Shown: positions 1-9,638 of the stretch, piece by piece
Layout: every line of letters begins with the position of its first letter
Numbering within the stretch: position 1 is the first letter of the stretch
Assembly: GCA_964551945.1 (NCBI GenBank)
Contig: CAZKFH010000003.1
Coordinates: forward strand, 9,130-73,129
Direction of reading: 5' to 3'
Origin: an uncultured Actinomycetes bacterium
GTDB taxonomy: Bacteria; Actinomycetota; UBA4738; CALAEC01
DNA: 64,000 nucleotides
Made by a program: the position numbers and the translations under genes
The notes under the pieces: model-generated
Told to the model about the DNA's origin: nothing
The model's database searches: none
What the model saw: only the letters and a program-made list of their open reading frames with translations

Positions 1-1
1 G

Positions 2-67
2 CAGGCATTCATCTTCTCGATCCTCACCGCTTCCTACATCGGCGGTGCCATGGCCGAGGAGCACTAG
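2..67 (+). CDS. atpB: F0F1 ATP synthase subunit a, C-terminal fragment (gene runs off the 5' edge)
   Basis: Frame 2 reads QAFIFSILTASYIGGAMAEEH then TAG (65..67). This resembles the conserved C-terminal end of F0 a subunits, and it lies directly upstream of atpE. Confidence 0.7.
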   Translation, partial: QAFIFSILTASYIGGAMAEEH

Positions 68-328
<261 letters not shown>

Positions 329-341
329 GGAGCTGGGGAAC

Positions 342-929
342 TTGTACGCGTTCATCACAGCGCTGGTCGTCGCTCAGGAAGAGCACGTCGAAGAGCCGGT
401 CAACGATCCCAAGCACCTCTATCCGCACGCCGAGGAGCTCATCATCGGCGCGGTCGCCTTCGCGGTCCTCTTCTTCTTCATCTGGAAGTGGGTGCTCCCG
501 CGACTCGGCGCGTTGCTCGAGGAGCGGCGGCAGAAGATCCAGGGAAGCCTCGAGGAAGCAGAGAAGACGAAGGCGGAGGCCCAGCAGCTCCTCAGTGGGT
601 ATCAGGAGAAGCTGCGCGAGGCCGGCGCGGAGGCCGGAAAGATCATCGAGGAGGCCCGCAAGACCGCGGAGCAGATGCGCCAAGACCTGGTCGCGAAGGC
701 GGAGGAGGAGTCCCGTCAGATCGTCGCCCGCGCCCAGGAAGAAGTGCGTGGCGAGCGCGACCGCGCCGTCGCGGCCCTGCGGCGGCAGCTCGCCGAGGCC
801 TCGGTGGAGCTCGCGGGGCGCGTGGTCGGGGAGACGCTCGATCAGGAGCGGCACATGAGGATCGTCGAGCAGTTCATCGACGACGTGAAGGCCCTCGGTT
901 CGAGCAACGGCGCAAGCCGGGAGAGCTGA
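342..929 (+). CDS. atpF: F0F1 ATP synthase subunit b
   Basis: One N-terminal TM helix (IIGAVAFAVLFFFIW) followed by a long charged coiled-coil (EERRQKIQGSLEEAEKTKAEAQ...). TTG start follows GAGGAG. Operon position is c-b-delta. Confidence 0.85.
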   Translation: MYAFITALVVAQEEHVEEPVNDPKHLYPHAEELIIGAVAFAVLFFFIWKWVLPRLGALLEERRQKIQGSLEEAEKTKAEAQQLLSGYQEKLREAGAEAGKIIEEARKTAEQMRQDLVAKAEEESRQIVARAQEEVRGERDRAVAALRRQLAEASVELAGRVVGETLDQERHMRIVEQFIDDVKALGSSNGASRES

Positions 930-1469
930 GTGGCGCGAGAGGCGATCCGCGGGTACGCCCAGGCCCTGTTCTCGGTCGCGCAGGCCGAGGACGCGCTCGA
1001 GGACGTCCAGGACGAGCTGTTCCGTTTCGCTCGGGCCCTCGACCAGCAGAGTGAGCTCCGCGAGAGCCTGACCGACCCGGCCTTGCCCATCGAGCGGAAG
1101 AAGGCGGTGCTCCGAGACATCCTCGGCGAGCGTGCGAGCCCGCACACGATCTCGATCATCGGATTCCTGGTCGAGCAGGGCAAGGCGCGCGAGCTGACGG
1201 CGATCGTCGACGAGCTGGTGACCCTCGCGTCCGCGCAGCGTGAGTCCGCCGTGGCCGAGGTACGGACCGCCGTGCCGCTCGACGAGCGGCATCAGGAAGA
1301 GCTGGCGAAAGCGCTCGAGCAGGCGATGGGCAGGAAGGTCGAGCTGAAGGTCGTCGTGGATCCCTCGATCCTCGGGGGCGTCGTTGCCCGCGTGGGTGAC
1401 CAGGTGATCGACGGCTCGATCCGGCGCCGGCTCGAGCAGGCGCGAGACCAGATGAGCGAGGTGCAATGA
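930..1469 (+). CDS. atpH: F0F1 ATP synthase subunit delta (OSCP)
   Basis: 179 aa with a GTG start immediately after the atpF TGA. OSCP-like C-terminus ([28 protein letters not shown]). Located between b and alpha. Confidence 0.85.
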   Translation: MAREAIRGYAQALFSVAQAEDALEDVQDELFRFARALDQQSELRESLTDPALPIERKKAVLRDILGERASPHTISIIGFLVEQGKARELTAIVDELVTLASAQRESAVAEVRTAVPLDERHQEELAKALEQAMGRKVELKVVVDPSILGGVVARVGDQVIDGSIRRRLEQARDQMSEVQ

Positions 1470-1470
1470 C

Positions 1471-3138
1471 ATGGCGGAGCTGACGATCGACCCGAAAGAC
1501 ATCGCGGAGGCGCTGCGTAAGCACGTCGAGTCGTACCGCCCCGAGACCGAGCGGGAGGAGGTGGGCTACGTCACCGACACCGGCGACGGCATCGCCCGCA
1601 TCCGCGGCCTTCCCTCCACCATGGCGAACGAGCTGCTCGAGTTCCCGCACGAGACCTACGGCGTGGCACTCAACCTGGAGGAGGACGAGATCGGGTGCGT
1701 GCTCTTCGGGGATGCGGAGAGCATCGAGGAGGGCCAGGCCGTCAAGCGGACGGGACGCATCCTTTCCATCGGCGTCGGCGACGCCGTCCTCGGCCGCGTG
1801 ATCGACCCGCTCGGACGGCCGCTGGACGGCGGAGAGCCGCTCGCGTTCGAGACCGAGCGGCCGCTCGAGGTGCAGGCTCCCTCCGTCATGCAGCGCCAGC
1901 CGGTGACCGAGCCGCTGCAGACTGGCATCAAGGCCATCGACGCAATGACGCCCGTCGGCCGTGGGCAGCGAGAGCTGATCATCGGCGACCGGCAGACCGG
2001 CAAGACGGCGATCGCGATCGACGCGATCATCGCGCAGCGGGAGAACTGGGCCACGGGCGACCCGAAGCTCCAGGTGAAGTGCGTCTACGTGGCGATCGGC
2101 CAGAAGGCATCCACGGTCCGCGAGGTCGAGACCGCCCTCCGCGAGGCCGGCGCCCTCGACTACACGGTGATCGTGAACGCTCCCGCCGGCGTCCCGGCGT
2201 CGTTCAAGTTCATCGCCCCGTACGCGGGCTCGGCGCTCGGCCAGCACTGGATGTACAACGGCCAGCACTCGCTGATCGTGTTCGACGACCTGTCGAAGCA
2301 GGCCGAGGCGTACCGCGAGGTCTCCCTGCTCCTGCGCCGGCCCGCCGGCCGAGAGGCTTATCCGGGCGATGTTTTCTACCTGCACTCGCGGCTGCTGGAG
2401 CGCTGCGCGAAGCTCTCGGACGAGCTCGGCGGCGGCTCGCTGACAGGGCTGCCGATCGTCGAGACGAAGGGGGGCGATGTCTCCGCGTACATCCCCACGA
2501 ACGTGATCTCGATCACCGACGGGCAGATCTATCTGGAGAACGACCTGTTCTACTCCGGCGTTCGTCCCGCGATCAACGTCGGCATCAGCGTCTCGCGTGT
2601 CGGTGGAAACGCTCAGACGAAGGCGATGAAGCAGGTCGCCGGGCGTCTCCGTCTCGACCTGGCGCAGTTCCGTGAGCTCGAGGCGTTCGCGGAGTTCGGC
2701 TCGGAGCTCGACAAGGCGTCCCAGGCGCAGCTCGACCGTGGTGCACGTGTGGTCGAGACGCTCAAGCAGCTCCAGTACCGACCGCTGTCGATGGAGCAGC
2801 AGGTCCTGTCGATCTACGCGGTCACGAACGGCTACCTCGACGACATCCCCGTCGACGACGCGAAGCGGTTCGAGGAGGAGCTCCTGCAGTACCTCGAGAC
2901 GCGGCACGCCGACATCGCGCGCCACATCGCGTCCGAGGGAACGCTGCCGGACGAGGTTCAGAGCACGCTTGCCTCGGCGATCGAGGACTTCAAGAAGCAG
3001 TTCCAGCCCACACAGGAGGGCCCTGCGACCACGGCCGGGGCGGCCGGCGGCCCGGTCGACAAGCGACGCGAGGACGTCGGATGGGACCGTGTCGGCGAGC
3101 CCGACCCCGCGGAGGAAGCGGCGGAAGGTACCCCGTAG
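1471..3138 (+). CDS. atpA: F0F1 ATP synthase subunit alpha (with about 45 aa C-terminal extension)
   Basis: Walker A GDRQTGKT and the typical alpha blocks ([30 protein letters not shown]). 555 aa, with an acidic Pro/Gly-rich tail after ...FKKQF. Confidence 0.97.
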   Translation: MAELTIDPKDIAEALRKHVESYRPETEREEVGYVTDTGDGIARIRGLPSTMANELLEFPHETYGVALNLEEDEIGCVLFGDAESIEEGQAVKRTGRILSIGVGDAVLGRVIDPLGRPLDGGEPLAFETERPLEVQAPSVMQRQPVTEPLQTGIKAIDAMTPVGRGQRELIIGDRQTGKTAIAIDAIIAQRENWATGDPKLQVKCVYVAIGQKASTVREVETALREAGALDYTVIVNAPAGVPASFKFIAPYAGSALGQHWMYNGQHSLIVFDDLSKQAEAYREVSLLLRRPAGREAYPGDVFYLHSRLLERCAKLSDELGGGSLTGLPIVETKGGDVSAYIPTNVISITDGQIYLENDLFYSGVRPAINVGISVSRVGGNAQTKAMKQVAGRLRLDLAQFRELEAFAEFGSELDKASQAQLDRGARVVETLKQLQYRPLSMEQQVLSIYAVTNGYLDDIPVDDAKRFEEELLQYLETRHADIARHIASEGTLPDEVQSTLASAIEDFKKQFQPTQEGPATTAGAAGGPVDKRREDVGWDRVGEPDPAEEAAEGTP

Positions 3139-5473
<2,335 letters not shown>

Positions 5474-5474
<1 letters not shown>

Positions 5475-5755
5475 TGGCCCGACTGAGCGTCACTGTCGTC
5501 TCTCCGGAGCGCGAGGTCTACTCGGGGGAGGCCGACATGGTCGTCGCCCACGGAACCGATGGTGACGTGGGGATCCTGGCGGGACACGCACCGATGCTGA
5601 TCGAGCTGGCCAGCGCCCCCGTTCGACTGTTCGATGGAACGACCGAGCGCGAGAGCATCCAGGTGGACGGCGGATTCCTCCACGTCACTCCCGGGGAGGA
5701 CGTCACCCGCGTCGACATCCTGGCCGAGAGCGCCGAGGCCCTACCCGCGTCCTAG
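5474..5755 (+). CDS. atpC: F0F1 ATP synthase subunit epsilon, short form (beta-sandwich domain only)
   Basis: GTG overlaps the atpD TAG (taGTG). 93 aa with the epsilon N-domain pattern (VVSPEREVYSGEADMVV...GILAGHAPM...GGFLHV). No C-terminal helical hairpin, and a terminator follows at once. Confidence 0.85.
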
Positions 5756-5773
5756 CGAGATCTGAACGGGAGC

Positions 5774-5799
5774 GGGGCCTCCCCATCTCGGGAGGCCCC
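5774..5799. terminator. GC-rich hairpin between convergent atpC and the first LVIVD gene
   Basis: GGGGCCTCCC / catctc / GGGAGGCCCC gives a perfect 10-bp stem with a 6-nt loop and no clear U-tract. It sits between two convergent stop codons. Confidence 0.6.
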
Positions 5800-5819
5800 G
5801 CCCTCAAGCGTTGGTCTCG

Positions 5820-7400
5820 TTACTCCATCGTCTGGGGATTCAGGTGATCCACCACCCGGGAGCCGGGATTCGGCAGGATGACCCGGAACACCACCGTGCC
5901 TCGAGCGGTATCAGGGGTGTGCACCCCGTCCGAGGCGTACACGGGGGTCCCCCCGCCGGTCTTGAACTTCGGGCCCGTGTACGGGTACGCGGACCAGTTG
6001 TCCGAGCCGCTCGCTCCCGGCCCGGCGATGTCGTAGTACGCGATCTCCTTCAGCTTCGTCGGGTCGCTGAAGTCGATCACGTCCACACCACCGGTGTACC
6101 AAGCGTTCACCAGCAGGTCCCGATTGATGCCCATGACGCTCATCCCCATGTGCGCGGAGCAGTAGGAGCCCGTTGAGGCGTCGGGACGCAGGTCCCCGAC
6201 CTGGAACTCGCTCAGGAAGGCTCCCGTTTCGACGTCGGTGAAGAACATCCGGCCCGTCTTATGCGTGCCTCCCGCGGGGTTCCAGGGGCGCGACACCCAG
6301 GTCGTCTCCGGCGGGCAGCCAGTGCCGAACGACTCGTCGACCAGGTTCAGCACGGTGCCCTCATTGTTGAACATAACGGAGTGGAAGAAGTCCACCGCGC
6401 CGGGGATGTTGCCTGTGCCCCCGGAGCTGACCTCGTCGTCGACGACGACGACTGGATTCAGGGTGTCGGGGATCCCGGTCGCCGGGTCGATGTCCCAGAC
6501 CTGTCCCTGCTCGGCACAGGCCCCGCCCGCACGGTTCGTGCCCATGTGGACAACGATGTCGTGACAGGCAACAGCCGCCTCCTCCAGGACGCCCGGCGCG
6601 CAGAGGCCCCGCTCGCACCAGTCGCTCTTCCCGTCCGGGTCACCGGGGTAGGAGATCGCCGGCTGGACGGAGCTCTCCTCCGAATCCTCCGGGGCGGCGA
6701 GCGGCACTTCGACGATCTGGATCACGCCGTGCAGCGGGTTCGCGGGGCTGCCCGGGTCCTCGTCGAATGGGTTTGCGCCGTTCGTGTGCTCGGTGTCCCC
6801 GCAGGTCGGTCCCGGCCTGAGCGGGTACGAGGAGACGTACGCGAGGAGCTTGCCCTCGTCGGCCAGCCCCGGATACAGCGTGATCGTGTGGGCACCGCAG
6901 TCCGTGTAGACGGCCGCCACCTGGGTGATCGTGGCGAACGGGTTGGCCGGGTCGTCGCTCAAGGTGAAGACCCGTACACCCTCCCAGCCATCCGGGTCGC
7001 CGTGGTCCGCCGACCGAGCGGCTCCACATTCGGGACCCTCCATGGTCCGGTCCACCGCGAGGAGCAGCAGGTCGGGGATGTCGTTGCCGTTGCGGTCCCA
7101 CAGGATCGGGTCCGCCTGCAGACCGTCACAGGCAAAGTCCCTGACGAGCTGAGGGGACGCCGGGTTGGAGATGTCGAAGATCCTGAACCCGCCGACGGGC
7201 TGGTCGCCGCGGTAGTAGCCCTGAACCGCGTAGTTGCCCCAGAAGGCGAGGTCCGAGTTGACCTTCGCGTTCGGCGACGTGAACAGCAGATCCATCTTGC
7301 TGTGCCGGTCAGCGTTGTGACCGGCGGTAGCTGGTAGGGCGAAAGCGGCCAGCGGCAAAACCAGCGCTGCCACCAAGGTCATCGTTCTGATACGGGACAT
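5820..7400 (-). CDS. Secreted LVIVD-repeat beta-propeller protein, paralog 1
   Basis: ATG at 7400 follows AAGAGGAGGA. Signal peptide MSRIRTMTLVAALVLPLAAFALPATAG. Recurrent LVIVD-type motifs (FRIFDISNPASP, VRVFTLSDDP, VIQIVEV, VDVIDFSDPTK). I reject the ORF-track start at 7493 because it lacks an RBS and a signal peptide. Confidence 0.8.
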   Translation of the reverse strand: MSRIRTMTLVAALVLPLAAFALPATAGHNADRHSKMDLLFTSPNAKVNSDLAFWGNYAVQGYYRGDQPVGGFRIFDISNPASPQLVRDFACDGLQADPILWDRNGNDIPDLLLLAVDRTMEGPECGAARSADHGDPDGWEGVRVFTLSDDPANPFATITQVAAVYTDCGAHTITLYPGLADEGKLLAYVSSYPLRPGPTCGDTEHTNGANPFDEDPGSPANPLHGVIQIVEVPLAAPEDSEESSVQPAISYPGDPDGKSDWCERGLCAPGVLEEAAVACHDIVVHMGTNRAGGACAEQGQVWDIDPATGIPDTLNPVVVVDDEVSSGGTGNIPGAVDFFHSVMFNNEGTVLNLVDESFGTGCPPETTWVSRPWNPAGGTHKTGRMFFTDVETGAFLSEFQVGDLRPDASTGSYCSAHMGMSVMGINRDLLVNAWYTGGVDVIDFSDPTKLKEIAYYDIAGPGASGSDNWSAYPYTGPKFKTGGGTPVYASDGVHTPDTARGTVVFRVILPNPGSRVVDHLNPQTME

Positions 7401-7505
7401 CCAATCCTCCTCTTTACGAGTGTTCCTGGCTGCGTCCCGGTGGGATGCGCTTGACCAGGAGGACATGACGGACTCGGGGCCGGGCGTGGCCACCGAGGTA
7501 GGGCC

Positions 7506-7588
7506 GCGGGCATCAACCTCCCTCCGGCTCCGTGAACGGGAAGGCGACGGAGCGTGGTAATCATGACTGGTTCTTTTTCACTAGGCAA
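7506..7588 (-). promoter_or_regulatory. AT-rich promoter plus conserved 5' leader module, copy 1 (upstream of LVIVD paralog 1)
   Basis: Minus strand reads TTGCCT (7588..7583), a 17-nt spacer, CATGAT (7565..7560). Then comes stem GCTCCGT/ACGGAGC, GGAGGGAGG, TTGATGCCCGC. About 77% identical by manual alignment to 11649..11731. Confidence 0.45.
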
Positions 7589-7604
7589 CTCGGGAGGTGG
7601 GAAG

Positions 7605-7639
7605 CGAACGGCCCCCGGGTCACTCCCGGGGGACGTTCG
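7605..7639 (-). terminator. Hairpin terminator downstream of LVIVD paralog 2
   Basis: CGAACGGCCCCCGGG / tcact / CCCGGGGGACGTTCG gives a 15-bp stem with one mismatch. It starts about 15 nt after the stop at 7654. Confidence 0.55.
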
Positions 7640-7653
7640 GTGGAGCGAGTCGG

Positions 7654-9501
7654 CTAGAGGGACTTCACGGTCTCGCATTTGCGGGCCCGGTCGCTTCCCG
7701 GCCCGCCGATGCAGGTGTCCTTGCCGGCCTCGCCGACCAACAGGTCGTCGCCGGCGCCACCCTTGCCGGTGTCTTTCCCGCCACCGAGACAGATCGTGTC
7801 GTTGCCCTTCCCGCCCTTGACGGTGTCCTTGCCGTTGAGCGAGGCGATCACGTCGTCACCGGTCGTGCCGTCGAGCACGTCGTTCGCCGAGCCGCCGACG
7901 ATCGTGGCGACCTTGCCCCTGCAGCGGACCTCGGGGATCAGCTGCGTCTGGGTCTGAGGGTTGAGGCTCGCCAGGTTCACCTCGCTCGCAGCGATGTCGG
8001 CCCGCAGCGAGAGGAAGCCGCGGGCGCCGCCGTCGCTCGAGGACGGGTCGTGGATACCGTCGGTCGCGTAGATGGTGAGGCTGTCTCCCGCCAGGGCCGG
8101 GCCCTCGTACCAGTACGCTGCCCAGTTGTCGAAGCCGTTCACGTCCGCGGCACTCGGCGGGATGCCACCGGCGCCGTCGTAATGGGCGACCTCGGTGGGT
8201 TTCGTCGGGTCGCTGACGTCGATCACGGTCACGCCGCCCATGTAAAGGGCGTACACCAGAAAGTCCTTGTCGTCATCGGTCGCGACGAAGTTGCCGAGGT
8301 GGGCGCTGCAGTACTCGGTCTCCCACGACTTGTCCGGCAGGAAGTGGCTGATCTTCTTGCCGGTCTGCGTGTCGAAGAAGAAGAGCCGGCCGGTGTCGCC
8401 GGGCTGCGAGGCGGTTTCTCCGGAGAGAGGTGTCTCCGGAGGGCAGCCTCCGCCGAACGACTCGTCCTCGAACTTCACGACGCTGCCGTCCCACGTGAAC
8501 GTGGCCGAGTGCCAGAAGTCCACGACCACCCCGGTGTCGGTCGCGTTTCCCGTTGTCCCGGTCTCGTCGACCGTGTCGTCGTAGACCCAGAGGGGATGCT
8601 CTGTGTCGGGGAGCCCATTCGGCTTGATCCGCCACATCTGTGCCTGCTCGGCACAGGCTGCCGCCGCGAGTCGCAGGGGGACGAACACCGCGATGTCGTG
8701 GCACGCTCGCATGCCCTGGACCAGGCTGGAGTCGGTTGCGGCGCCGAGGCCGTGCTCCGAAGGAACGAACTTGTTGTCGGGGTCTCCGGGATAGGTGATC
8801 TTCGGCTCCGCGATCTCAGTCGCCGTCACGGCGCCCAGTGGAGTCCCGGCGCTCCAGGAGACCTCGACCACCTGGATGACACCATGCAGCGGGTCCCGAC
8901 CGGCTGCCGGGCCCCGCACGGGACCGCATGTCGGGCCCGGCCGCAAGGGATACGACGCGTTGTAGAGCAGGACCCGGTTGTTCGCCGGGTCGGGCCAAAG
9001 GGTGTTCGTGTGCGAGCCGCAGTCGAGATAGACGGATCCGATCTGGCTGGGCACATTCGGGTTGGAGATGTCGAAGATGCGAAGCCCTTCCCAGCCGCTG
9101 GGGTCGTCGTGCGCGGTGGTGTTGGTCGCCCCGCAGTTCGGCCCGGACATGGTCCGATCGACGGACGTGAAGGCGATGTCGGCCTGGCCATCTTGGTCTC
9201 GATCCCAGACCGTGATGTCGTTCTGGGCCCCGAGGCAGGCCATGTTGCCGACCAAGACGGGGCTTGCCGGACTCGTGATGTCGAAGATGCGGAAGCCCCC
9301 GTAATCGCCTTGGTACGCGTAGTTCCCCCAGAAGGCCATATCGGAGTTCGTCAGGTTCCTGCTGTTTGGAGAATTGAACAGCAGCGACATGTTCGGGCTG
9401 TGTTCGTCGAACATGTTGTGGTTCGCGCCTGCGGGCAGCGAGACCGTCACGAGCGCCACCAGCGCGATGGCGAGCAGGGGGATTCGGACGCGTCTGAGCA
9501 C
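7654..9501 (-). CDS. Secreted LVIVD-repeat beta-propeller protein, paralog 2, with C-terminal RTX-type Ca-binding nonapeptide repeats
   Basis: GTG start 6 nt after GGAGG and a signal peptide. Alignable with paralog 1 along the whole propeller (FWGNYA, GGFRIFDI, SYPLRPGPTCG, PLHGVIQVVEV, ACHDI, CAEQAQMW, DESFGGGCPPET, YCSAHLG, LNPQT). Extra tail has GGxGxD-type repeats (GGSANDVLDGTTGDDVI...GGKGNDTI...GGAGDDLLVG). Confidence 0.8.
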   Translation of the reverse strand: MLRRVRIPLLAIALVALVTVSLPAGANHNMFDEHSPNMSLLFNSPNSRNLTNSDMAFWGNYAYQGDYGGFRIFDITSPASPVLVGNMACLGAQNDITVWDRDQDGQADIAFTSVDRTMSGPNCGATNTTAHDDPSGWEGLRIFDISNPNVPSQIGSVYLDCGSHTNTLWPDPANNRVLLYNASYPLRPGPTCGPVRGPAAGRDPLHGVIQVVEVSWSAGTPLGAVTATEIAEPKITYPGDPDNKFVPSEHGLGAATDSSLVQGMRACHDIAVFVPLRLAAAACAEQAQMWRIKPNGLPDTEHPLWVYDDTVDETGTTGNATDTGVVVDFWHSATFTWDGSVVKFEDESFGGGCPPETPLSGETASQPGDTGRLFFFDTQTGKKISHFLPDKSWETEYCSAHLGNFVATDDDKDFLVYALYMGGVTVIDVSDPTKPTEVAHYDGAGGIPPSAADVNGFDNWAAYWYEGPALAGDSLTIYATDGIHDPSSSDGGARGFLSLRADIAASEVNLASLNPQTQTQLIPEVRCRGKVATIVGGSANDVLDGTTGDDVIASLNGKDTVKGGKGNDTICLGGGKDTGKGGAGDDLLVGEAGKDTCIGGPGSDRARKCETVKSL

Positions 9502-9536
9502 AAAGCACCTCCGGGTCGTGGGAGTGAGCGTGCCCG

Positions 9537-9565
9537 AATCTATTGAGGGTCCCCCGGGGTGTCAA
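9537..9565 (-). promoter_or_regulatory. Near-consensus sigma70-type promoter for LVIVD paralog 2
   Basis: Minus strand reads TTGACA (9565..9560), a 17-nt spacer, TAGATT (9542..9537). It lies about 35 nt upstream of the GTG at 9501. Confidence 0.5.
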
Positions 9566-9592
9566 CTCGATCGCGCCGGGCCGGAAAGCAGA

Positions 9593-9619
9593 GGGCCCCC
9601 GGAGGATCTCCGGGGGCCC
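9593..9619 (-). terminator. Hairpin terminator downstream of LVIVD paralog 3
   Basis: GGGCCCCCGGA / ggatc / TCCGGGGGCCC gives a perfect 11-bp stem. It begins about 20 nt after the stop at 9639. Confidence 0.55.
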
Positions 9620-9638
9620 GGTGCTTGCTACTCGCGTG

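Noticed and set aside
7401-7493. N-terminal extension of LVIVD paralog 1 (track start at 7493)
   Set aside because: The extension (MATPGPESVMSSWSSASHRDAARNTRKEEDW) precedes the signal peptide and has no RBS. The internal ATG at 7400 has a strong AAGAGGAGGA SD and starts a canonical signal peptide.
7379-7678. 99-aa minus-strand ORF across the paralog 1 leader
   Set aside because: As a whole it is not credible, being Pro/Arg-rich and spanning the promoter. Only its distal part, from ATG at 7513, is kept as a speculative uORF in the findings.
7654-7910. RTX repeats as evidence of an RTX toxin or T1SS substrate
   Set aside because: The protein has an N-terminal Sec signal and a propeller body shared with non-RTX paralogs. 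I saw no ABC/MFP/TolC-type exporter and no acyltransferase in the window.
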